Positions 1-7,628 of a stretch of DNA of 64,000 nucleotides are shown piece after piece. A model generated the notes under the pieces. That model made no database searches and was not told where the DNA came from. It saw only the letters and a list, made by a program, of their open reading frames with translations. The stretch is from an uncultured virus (IMG/VR IMGVR_UViG_3300014836_000525) (taxonomy: Duplodnaviria > Heunggongvirae > Uroviricota > Caudoviricetes > Crassvirales). Each line of letters begins with the position of its first letter. Position 1 is the stretch's first letter. The stretch lies in IMG/VR virus record IMGVR_UViG_3300014836_000525; one strand, written 5' to 3'. Made by a program: the position numbers and the translations under genes.

Positions 1-126
1 CTACGTAATACTAAACCCGGTGAACATCCTGATGCTACAGAGATAGTAAACATGGAGTATAGTATTATGGAAAATGCTGGATATTGTTCTCAATGTGTAG
101 CAGAAATGAGGGCAGACGATGAGTAA
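1..126 (+). CDS. 3' end of a hypothetical protein (partial), with a CxxC near the C-terminus
   Basis: Frame +1 is open from base 1 to TAA at 124-126 (…NAGYCSQCVAEMRADDE*) and overlaps the start of the next ORF. Confidence 0.55.
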   Translation, partial: LRNTKPGEHPDATEIVNMEYSIMENAGYCSQCVAEMRADDE

Positions 127-448
127 ATCAAAACTAGAGTCTGAACAAAATCGTGTATTAAACTTTTTAGTCTGGGTAGATGTAGCATTTAATGCTGCTG
201 ATACCTGTACTGATATTACATGGTTTAATCGTAATCAAACTAGACAAGCTCTTAAAAGGCTTGAGGAGATCGTACCTAAAGAACACGGTCCCGTGCTATC
301 TTCTCTATGGGAAACAGACGAATCTAACATTCATTTAGTGATGAAAGATGTATACCTATTCTCGGATACAATCAGAAAGATTCGTTATGAACAATTTAGA
401 GAAGCATCTGAATTATTAACTAAACATTTTCTAAATGAAGAACATTAG
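119..448 (+). CDS. hypothetical protein
   Basis: 109-aa ORF overlapping both neighbours in a tightly packed operon. Confidence 0.6.
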   Translation: MSKSKLESEQNRVLNFLVWVDVAFNAADTCTDITWFNRNQTRQALKRLEEIVPKEHGPVLSSLWETDESNIHLVMKDVYLFSDTIRKIRYEQFREASELLTKHFLNEEH

Positions 449-635
449 TCGTATTATAATAGGTGGACTGTTTGTTGCAGTCTGCCTGTTGCTTTGTTTA
501 ATATCAAACTATAAGCTTACCATGGATGGTAAAGACATAGAAATTAAAAGATTAACCTCTAACTCTAGATTATTAGAGGCTGATTTAAATTACTATAGAA
601 AAGCTTATCAGGAGACACAAGCCGCTGAGAAATAA
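435..635 (+). CDS. small membrane-anchored coiled-coil protein
   Basis: N-terminal hydrophobic helix (IIIGGLFVAVCLLLCLI) followed by a heptad-like segment; TAATG coupling to the next ORF. Confidence 0.6.
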   Translation: MKNISRIIIGGLFVAVCLLLCLISNYKLTMDGKDIEIKRLTSNSRLLEADLNYYRKAYQETQAAEK

Positions 636-1135
636 TGAATTACTATCAGGAAGTCTACGACAATTCTGTAGATAAGGCAAAGGCTCTGATGCTGCTATCA
701 AAGATAAAGTTTGAAAATACTCAACGTACTGAGTTCTTTTACTCAATGGCTAAAATGGATAAGGATATCTTAACTAGGATTGCTCTTAGTTTATTTAAGG
801 TATCTGAAGAACAGTTTAAGCTATTTAAAAAGAAAGGTGGACGAAGAGATGCAGTTACTGCTAGGTATTGTATTATGTGGTTCATGAGAAAGAATCTAGG
901 GTATACTGATACAATTGTAGGTAAGGTATTTACTCAAGATAGAACGACGGTTATTCATGCTCTTAAAACTATCTCTAATATTCTAGATACGGATAAAGAG
1001 TTTCGTCAAGTTTTCAATACCTTTATGTCTGTAGCAGAAGTTGCTATTCTTAGAAACAGGACTAAAGAACCTGTTACGTTTAACAAATTAAAATTTACTA
1101 TTAAAAATGAATCTAACGAGCAATCAACCAGTTGA
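635..1135 (+). CDS. protein with a DnaA C-terminal (domain IV)-like helix-turn-helix
   Basis: RRDAVTARYCIMWFMRKNLGYTDTIVGKVFTQDRTTVIHALKTI resembles DnaA domain IV (…RQIAMYL…IG..F..RDHTTVLHA..KI); no AAA+ domain. Confidence 0.75.
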   Translation: MNYYQEVYDNSVDKAKALMLLSKIKFENTQRTEFFYSMAKMDKDILTRIALSLFKVSEEQFKLFKKKGGRRDAVTARYCIMWFMRKNLGYTDTIVGKVFTQDRTTVIHALKTISNILDTDKEFRQVFNTFMSVAEVAILRNRTKEPVTFNKLKFTIKNESNEQSTS

Positions 1136-2342
1136 TGTTAATGTGCAGAACAAAGCCACTGTACTCGAGATTAAAGATTTTGAACAAAAGAAAGCTTTAG
1201 GTCTTTGGAAAAAGAACAAGTTTAAAGGTTCTGTCATAGCCGGTACTGGATTTGGGAAAGGTAGAGTAGGGTGCTTAGCCATCGGAGAAATCTTATTAAG
1301 ATACGAAGGCCGAGGTTTATTCCTAGTTCCTACCACTCAGCTTCAAGACCAGGCTAAGGACGAATTTATTAAGTGGGGATATGAAGAGTTATTAGATCGT
1401 ATTGATATTGTATGTTATCAGTCAGCTTACAAGTATGTTGGAAAAGAATATACTGTCACTGTAGCCGATGAGGTACATATTGGGTTAAGTCCTCAATATC
1501 GAGCAATCTTTACAAATAACATTCATCATCGTTTGCTATGTATGACTGCTACTTTACCAGAAGAAGCTGAGTACAAAACTTTCTTAATCAATCTTGCACC
1601 TCCTGTATATGTTATTACCCTAGATGAGTGTGTTGTTAAAGGGCTAGTTGCTCCTTACAAGATTACTTGTATTCCAGTTAGATTAACTCCTGAGGAGAAA
1701 GAAGCTTATATGGCAGCTAACAAACTATTTGTTTATTACAAATATCAGTTAGGGCAGTTTCAAGCTTTTGATGAGGCTAATAGAATTTTAGCAGACTCAA
1801 ATGCATCTCCGTTGGAGAAGAAGAATGCTGCTATGTTTTATAAAGCTATTCGAGATAGAAAGGAGGTTGTTCAAAAAGCTACTAACAAGATTAACTCTAC
1901 AGTTGAGATTGTTAAAAACTTTCCGGACAAGAAGATTCTAACTTTTGCTGGTACTAATGATTTTACCAACGAAATGTATTCTGGAATTAACAAGGAGCTT
2001 GATGGAGCTGCCCGTAGATATCATTCTGCCTTGGGTAAAGGGGAAAAGGTAACAGCTTTAGCTGATTTTAAATCTGGGAAAGCCTCAGTATTGTGCTCAA
2101 CAAAAGCTCTTAATCAAGGATTTGACGTGCCCGATGCTCAGTTAGGGATTATCTGTGGATTGGATAGCAAGGCACTTCAAATGATTCAGAGAGTAGGTCG
2201 ACTACTAAGACTATCTCCAAATAAAACTGGAGAGGTTGTAATTTTCTATGTAGCTGACAGTCAGGAAGAAAAGTGGTTAAGAAATTCGATAAGAAATTTA
2301 TCGAATGTTGTGTGGATGAATGATATTTCTTCTTATATTTGA
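1107..2342 (+). CDS. superfamily 2 DExH helicase
   Basis: Motif I AGTGFGKG, Ia LVPT, II DEVH, III TAT, V QGFDVP, VI QRVGRLLR. Confidence 0.9.
   Translation: MNLTSNQPVDVNVQNKATVLEIKDFEQKKALGLWKKNKFKGSVIAGTGFGKGRVGCLAIGEILLRYEGRGLFLVPTTQLQDQAKDEFIKWGYEELLDRIDIVCYQSAYKYVGKEYTVTVADEVHIGLSPQYRAIFTNNIHHRLLCMTATLPEEAEYKTFLINLAPPVYVITLDECVVKGLVAPYKITCIPVRLTPEEKEAYMAANKLFVYYKYQLGQFQAFDEANRILADSNASPLEKKNAAMFYKAIRDRKEVVQKATNKINSTVEIVKNFPDKKILTFAGTNDFTNEMYSGINKELDGAARRYHSALGKGEKVTALADFKSGKASVLCSTKALNQGFDVPDAQLGIICGLDSKALQMIQRVGRLLRLSPNKTGEVVIFYVADSQEEKWLRNSIRNLSNVVWMNDISSYI
2334..2341 (+). promoter_or_regulatory. candidate Bacteroidota -7 promoter element (TAnnTTTG)
   Basis: TATATTTG at the end of the helicase gene, 37 nt upstream of the ATG at 2379. 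Confidence 0.4.
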
Positions 2343-2378
2343 GTACGATTAGTTGTAGAAAGTGTAACAAAAACTATT

Positions 2379-2930
2379 ATGGTCATTGAATTAAACCTAG
2401 AGACTCTAGCAGAGTTAGGATTATCACCAAACGAGTTTGTATTCTTAACTATGATTAATCGTGGTGCTGATGAAACGGATTTAGTTGAAAAGTTAAACAT
2501 TGATTTAGAAGTATTGCAAACCAACGGGTGGATTAAAATCTGGGAGGGCAAGACTGTCATAAGAGATAAATTTAACGGCAATACAGCCGGTGATTTTAAT
2601 CGTATGTGGCACGACTTGCTTTCCCGGTACCCACTTAAAGTAAATGCTAACAATGGTGTAAGACCGTTAAGGGCTAAAGATCCTGATTCAAAAGCAAACG
2701 AGAAATCAAAAATCAAGTATCAAAAGATAGTTAAGTCTGACATTATCAAGCATAATTATATTATGCAATGTCTAGAACGAGAACTAGTAATCCGTAGAAA
2801 AGCCAACAGTCTCGGATTTATGCAGATGTTAGATACTTGGATTAACAATCACAGTTGGGAAAAATACAGCGACTTAAGTGAATCAGACTCCAAATCAACC
2901 GATGGAGGAAGAATCACCAGGCAGCTCTGA
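2379..2930 (+). CDS. putative replication initiator / helicase-loader-like protein
   Basis: Winged-helix-like N-terminus; C-terminal LDTWINNHSWEKY resembles phage replisome-organiser tails; lies directly upstream of DnaB. Confidence 0.5.
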   Translation: MVIELNLETLAELGLSPNEFVFLTMINRGADETDLVEKLNIDLEVLQTNGWIKIWEGKTVIRDKFNGNTAGDFNRMWHDLLSRYPLKVNANNGVRPLRAKDPDSKANEKSKIKYQKIVKSDIIKHNYIMQCLERELVIRRKANSLGFMQMLDTWINNHSWEKYSDLSESDSKSTDGGRITRQL

Positions 2931-2931
2931 T

Positions 2932-3849
2932 ATGTCTAGTGTCTTTTCAGAATTTAGACACATTTCAAAATCAGTAGAAGAATCTGTTAATGTTGTCAAG
3001 ACTGCTCAGCTTGGCAATAGAATAGTATTCCCTACTAAATGGGAGAGACTTAATCGGAATTTGCTAGGTGGACTTCAACCTGGGAAAATGTATGTTATTG
3101 CCGGCCGTCCTGGTGTGGGTAAGAGTGCATTTAGTAATCAGTTAATGTTTGATATACTGGATAGGAATCAGGATAAGAAAGTTCTAGTTTTATACTGGAG
3201 TTTCGAGATGCCAGACTATCAGCAAATTATGAGAACAGCTTCACACGATGTTAAGCTTCAGTTCTCAGAGTTGTACAGTATTGATCAGAAGCTAACTGAT
3301 GACCAAGTAAACTCTTACGAAACTGTAGTTGAGAAGTACAAGAAATATCCAATATTCTTTTGCTCTATCCCACAGAATATGATGAAGATTAAAGAAGTTA
3401 ATGTTAGAATTAGTGCCAGGTATCCAGGGTACACTATCATTAATCTATTTGACCACTCTCGTCTTATTCTAGGAACCGAGGAGACAGAATTGCAGAAGCT
3501 TAATCAAATTTCTAAAACTTGTATGTGGTTACAAGCTAAGTTAAATGTGGTTAATATTCTACTATCTCAATTAAACAGGAATATCGAGCAAGAGTATCGT
3601 GCTAAACAACAGTATCAGCCACAGTTAACAGACTTGTTTGGTGGTGATTCTATTGGGCAGGATGCTCACGTAGTTATGATGCTTCAAAGACCTTTTGATT
3701 TGTATGGAATAACAGACTCCTATTGTGGGGAAAAACCTGAAGGGTTATTAGCATGTCACATCGAGAAGAATCGAGATGGAAAGCTAGGAATGATCCCATA
3801 CGAAGCAGATTTGTCAACCTTTACAATTACAGAAAGGAATAAGAAGTGA
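2932..3849 (+). CDS. dnaB: DnaB-like replicative helicase (C-terminal RecA-type domain only)
   Basis: Walker A AGRPGVGKS, SFEM, FDH, LSQLNR, IEKNRDG; start re-assigned to the in-frame ATG at 2932, just after the upstream stop. Confidence 0.9.
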   Translation: MSSVFSEFRHISKSVEESVNVVKTAQLGNRIVFPTKWERLNRNLLGGLQPGKMYVIAGRPGVGKSAFSNQLMFDILDRNQDKKVLVLYWSFEMPDYQQIMRTASHDVKLQFSELYSIDQKLTDDQVNSYETVVEKYKKYPIFFCSIPQNMMKIKEVNVRISARYPGYTIINLFDHSRLILGTEETELQKLNQISKTCMWLQAKLNVVNILLSQLNRNIEQEYRAKQQYQPQLTDLFGGDSIGQDAHVVMMLQRPFDLYGITDSYCGEKPEGLLACHIEKNRDGKLGMIPYEADLSTFTITERNKK

Positions 3850-3893
3850 TCATGTGTTAGTAATCATTATAATCATTAAAATCATTAAAAAGC

Positions 3894-4592
3894 ATGGAAT
3901 TACCAATGTCTAAAACACCAGTTACTAGACGTTCCCCAAAACACTTAGTTCTTTATGGTCAACCTAAGGTTGGTAAAACAACAGCTCTAGCTAAACTAGA
4001 TGGCTGTTTAATTATCGACTTAGAGAATGGATCAGATATGGTAGAGGCTTTAAAGATTAAAGTCAATACTCCAGCAGAACTATTGGAACTAGGGAAGTCT
4101 ATTATGGCAAACAAAAAGCCATATAAAATTATAGCAATTGATACTCTGACACAGTTAGAATCATGGTGTGAAGCAGAGGCAAAGGTGTTATATCAAGAGA
4201 CTAGCATGGGTAAAAACTTTGACAAAGAAGGTAAGAATTTATCTGTATTGTCATTGCCTCAGGGTGCCGGGTATTTATACTTGAGAATGGCTATCGAGAG
4301 ATGGATGAAAAGGTTAGAACTTCTAGCTGATCATATTATCTACGTAGGTCATTTGAGAGATAAAATGCTGGAGAAAGCAGGGAAAGAAGTATCATCTAAG
4401 GACTTAGATTTGACTGGTAAAATACGTAACATAACATGTGCTAAGGCAGATGCTATTGGGTATGTTTATCGTGATAAGGATAAGACTATGATATCTTTTG
4501 ACTCCTCTGGAGACATTAATGCTGGGTCTAGATGTGACCATCTTGCAGGTCAAGTGATGGAGCTTGACTGGAATAAAATCTTCATCGATTAA
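3894..4592 (+). CDS. AAA ATPase (AAA_24 / Sak4-like single-strand annealing protein)
   Basis: YGQPKVGKTT Walker A, IIDLENGS, IAIDTLT Walker B; near an SSB-like gene. Confidence 0.75.
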   Translation: MELPMSKTPVTRRSPKHLVLYGQPKVGKTTALAKLDGCLIIDLENGSDMVEALKIKVNTPAELLELGKSIMANKKPYKIIAIDTLTQLESWCEAEAKVLYQETSMGKNFDKEGKNLSVLSLPQGAGYLYLRMAIERWMKRLELLADHIIYVGHLRDKMLEKAGKEVSSKDLDLTGKIRNITCAKADAIGYVYRDKDKTMISFDSSGDINAGSRCDHLAGQVMELDWNKIFID

Positions 4593-4631
4593 TAGCTTTA
4601 AAAATTTAAAATTTAAAATTCAAAATCAATT

Positions 4632-4985
4632 ATGCCAATTGATGCAACTTTAGCTTCATCTAATGAAGCAACTACTAACTCAGTAAAAGCAGTTAGTAAA
4701 GACCCAATTAAGCTTTCAGTATCTGGAATCATGATGGACCTAGAAAATGGTCTTGATCGTACAGCTATTGCTACTAAATATGGTATGTCTACTGGAGAAG
4801 TTAACGAAGTGTTTAAGCACCCAAAGCTTAAAGGTCTTCGTCCAAAGAGAAAGACTACTCGTATCACCCTTATCGATGATACTGAGGATGACGGAACTGC
4901 AACATCAGCTCTGTTGTCAGAAGCTGGTCTCTCTTCTACATCAGAGACAATCTCTCCTTCAACATTTGAGGAATTTGAAAACTGA
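4632..4985 (+). CDS. small HTH-like protein with an acidic tail
   Basis: DLENGLDRTAIATKYGMSTGEVNEVFKHPKLKG is HTH-like. Confidence 0.55.
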   Translation: MPIDATLASSNEATTNSVKAVSKDPIKLSVSGIMMDLENGLDRTAIATKYGMSTGEVNEVFKHPKLKGLRPKRKTTRITLIDDTEDDGTATSALLSEAGLSSTSETISPSTFEEFEN

Positions 4986-5064
4986 AAAGGCCAAGACATA
5001 GTCTATAAAGCTTTTTTCAGTTACTAAACAGTTTGTTAATAATTAAAAATTAAGATTAAACAAG

Positions 5065-5826
5065 ATGGCAATAGCATCGAATAATTCAGAAGTAGTTACT
5101 TCAAGTCAGTTATACACTGGCATTTTCCCATTTCAGGTAATAGCAATTAATCCTACACTAGACGAATTGAAAGGTTTAGGTATTAACATGCAGAAAGAAC
5201 CTGAATATAAACTCACAATTCAGAACGAGACTTACAACAAGATTGTATTCTGGTTGAAGACTTCTTCTCCAGACTTTACAACTAAGTTTGAGATTCTTGT
5301 ACAGCCTAAACTTAGAGCTAACAAGGATGGTAGTAAGTTCTTATTCATCAACAACATTGGTCAAATCACTTGGTCTTCAGATGTTCCTACCTACGATTGG
5401 TGGAAAAATGCAGATCAAACTAGAAAAGCTTATGTTGGTGAGGATACTTTGATTAACTTTACTAAAACTTGGGCTAACGTAGCCAATGGTGGAGAGGTAT
5501 CATTTGATACTATCGACAACATTGTAACAGGTGATGTCTCTGAGCTTAAAGAGTATGTTAAAGTGCTAGCTGATAACAGTCTTCGTTTGCTTGTTGGTGT
5601 TAAAGACGACAAGTATCAGACTGTTTATAACAAACACTTTGGTCGTATGAAGCCAGTTAGAGATGACTTGTTTGTAAAGTCTTTGAATGATGATTACGGT
5701 TCATTCAATGCTGACTACAACCCAGACCTTAAACCACAGGTTTATTCTCCATCTGTTATTGCAGCAGATGTTGAGACTAGCCCAGCTGGTACAGAGGCAG
5801 GTCCTGGTAAAGATCTTTGGGAATAA
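5065..5826 (+). CDS. putative single-stranded DNA-binding protein
   Basis: Located between the AAA ATPase and primase; beta-rich N-terminus; flexible C-tail ending DLWE; followed by a terminator. Confidence 0.5.
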   Translation: MAIASNNSEVVTSSQLYTGIFPFQVIAINPTLDELKGLGINMQKEPEYKLTIQNETYNKIVFWLKTSSPDFTTKFEILVQPKLRANKDGSKFLFINNIGQITWSSDVPTYDWWKNADQTRKAYVGEDTLINFTKTWANVANGGEVSFDTIDNIVTGDVSELKEYVKVLADNSLRLLVGVKDDKYQTVYNKHFGRMKPVRDDLFVKSLNDDYGSFNADYNPDLKPQVYSPSVIAADVETSPAGTEAGPGKDLWE

Positions 5827-5836
5827 CGATTCCCAG

Positions 5837-5890
5837 TGTGTTCAGTTTTGTGTTAATTGTTTTGTGTTTAAGTTGTGTTTAAATTGTGTT
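5837..5890 (+). repeat. five TGTGTT direct repeats at 11-14 bp spacing
   Basis: Copies start at 5837, 5849, 5863, 5874 and 5885 in non-coding DNA. Confidence 0.75.
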
Positions 5891-5897
5891 TATGTTG

Positions 5898-5936
5898 TAG
5901 CAAGAGAGGGGAGAGTAATCTTCCCTCTTTTTGCTA
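5898..5936 (+). terminator. intrinsic terminator-like hairpin
   Basis: TAGCAAGAGAGGGGAGA-GTAA-TCTTCCCTCTTTTTGCTA stem-loop with a T-run. Confidence 0.75.
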
Positions 5937-5965
5937 TATTAAAGATCTAAGGTATATTAGCATTT

Positions 5966-6952
5966 ATGATTCAGATAAGAAGCAGTGATAGTTACTTAGA
6001 TAAGTCAAATATTCTTTCTCAAATTACTGAGTATGATATCTTTAGATATTATTGCTTATCTTTTAAAGATATTGGGATCAAGTTCTGTAGTGAACTAAGG
6101 AAAGATGTTACTCCTACATGCTCGATAATTCCTTACAATAATAAACTATTGTATAAGGATTTTGGGAATGGAGATAGTCACGATTGTTTCTCTTATGTTC
6201 AAAAGAAGTATGGACTTACATTCATTGAAGCACTTAGAGTTATTGACAATGATTTTGGATTGGGGTTACAGGCTGGGACTATTCACAAGTCTCAGGTAGC
6301 TTTAACTTATGGAAATCAGAAAGTTGAAGATAGAAAACCTACAGTTATCAAAAAGAAAGGTCGTAACTGGAATGCTGATGATGATAAATTTTGGATGCAA
6401 TTTGGAATTACACGTAGATTGCTTACTATCTTTGAAGTTCAGCCTATTGAATATTTCTGGATTAATGAATTTAGATATAAGTGTGAAAAGCTAGCATATG
6501 CTTATTGCTTTGATGGTCGGTATAAGATTTACCAGCCTCTATCTCCTAAGGAAACTAAATGGTTTAGTAATACTAGGAAGGAAGACATTCAAGGTTATAA
6601 ACAACTAGACCCGTTTGGGTATATGGTTATACTAGCATCATCTTTGAAAGATGTAATGGCTTTGGAAGTATTGGGGTATCAAGCTGTAGCTCTGCAAGGA
6701 GAAATGCAGACTCCTCCTCCAAAGTTAATTGAACACTTTAAAAGTAGATTTGATTTAGTTGCTGTATTATACGATAATGATTATACAAATCCTGAGAACC
6801 CTGGTCAGACCATGGCTAATAAGATTTGTGCAACATACAATCTACTTAATATAGTTATACCGACTCACTATCAATCTAAAGACATATCAGATTTAATCAG
6901 AGACCATGGGCTAGAATGTGCTAAACGAATAGTAAAAATCCAAATACCATGA
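5966..6952 (+). CDS. DNA primase (degenerate Zn-binding N-terminus plus TOPRIM)
   Basis: CSELRKD…YKDFG…DCFSYV N-terminal domain; SSLKDVM, YDND and KDISD TOPRIM motifs. Confidence 0.85.
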   Translation: MIQIRSSDSYLDKSNILSQITEYDIFRYYCLSFKDIGIKFCSELRKDVTPTCSIIPYNNKLLYKDFGNGDSHDCFSYVQKKYGLTFIEALRVIDNDFGLGLQAGTIHKSQVALTYGNQKVEDRKPTVIKKKGRNWNADDDKFWMQFGITRRLLTIFEVQPIEYFWINEFRYKCEKLAYAYCFDGRYKIYQPLSPKETKWFSNTRKEDIQGYKQLDPFGYMVILASSLKDVMALEVLGYQAVALQGEMQTPPPKLIEHFKSRFDLVAVLYDNDYTNPENPGQTMANKICATYNLLNIVIPTHYQSKDISDLIRDHGLECAKRIVKIQIP

Positions 6953-7173
6953 GCAGTCCATATTATACTGATCCTAAAGTAAGAGAAGAAATTGATATTA
7001 TTTTGCAAATCTGTGCATCCTTGTACAGTAACCTTGGAACTTTGACTATCTTTGATGTTAAAGAAGTAAGTGCTGCAAATCAAATAGAAGATGAATGGCT
7101 AGAAAAAATAAAAGAGTTAGATCTGGAGTTTTACCAAAAAGTAAAACCACTAAATCTAGAGCCAGTAAAATAA
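6949..7173 (+). CDS. hypothetical protein
   Basis: ATGA-coupled to the primase gene; 74 aa. Confidence 0.55.
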   Translation: MSSPYYTDPKVREEIDIILQICASLYSNLGTLTIFDVKEVSAANQIEDEWLEKIKELDLEFYQKVKPLNLEPVK

Positions 7174-7604
7174 AGATTAATGCTGTTAAGAAAGTTGTAG
7201 ATGGTATACAGTTCAAGTCAATGCTTGAAGTATTTACTTATCGAAAGCTTAAAGAAGCAGAAATTAGTTTTACTTACGAGGAAGACTCTTTTACAATTAT
7301 GGCCGGGTTTCATTACCCTGAGAGTACATTTGAAAGCAGGAAAACTTCTACAGAATTAGAAGATAAAAGCAAAGCAAAGGTTAGGGATATCACCTATACT
7401 CCTGATTTTATAGGAAGAGATAAAGATGGTAAGATTCTTTGGGTTATCGAATGCAAAGGATTTGCTAATGAGAGATTTCCAAATACTTGGAAGTTATTTA
7501 AGAAGTATCTTATTGATACCTCTCAAGTCTGCCCACTTTACCTACCTAAAAATCAAGGGCAAGTACTAAAAGTAATTGATTTAGTCAAGGAATTGACTAA
7601 ATAG
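7095..7604 (+). CDS. PD-(D/E)XK endonuclease (T7 endonuclease I / Holliday resolvase-like)
   Basis: DGIQFKSMLE…YTPDF…IECKG motif set. Confidence 0.8.
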   Translation: MARKNKRVRSGVLPKSKTTKSRASKIKINAVKKVVDGIQFKSMLEVFTYRKLKEAEISFTYEEDSFTIMAGFHYPESTFESRKTSTELEDKSKAKVRDITYTPDFIGRDKDGKILWVIECKGFANERFPNTWKLFKKYLIDTSQVCPLYLPKNQGQVLKVIDLVKELTK

Positions 7605-7628
7605 TCATTTAATTATTAAACATTTTAT

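Noticed and set aside
2878..2931. N-terminal extension of DnaB
   Set aside because: It overlaps the upstream gene; the ATG at 2932 right after the stop is more plausible
3861..3890. AATCATTA x3, and AAAATTT repeats near 4600-4625
   Set aside because: Most simply AT-rich translation-initiation regions typical of Bacteroidota genes lacking Shine-Dalgarno sites
5687..5950. 87-aa ORF with Cys/Val repeats
   Set aside because: It is a translation of the TGTGTT array and terminator, overlapping the SSB-like gene out of frame
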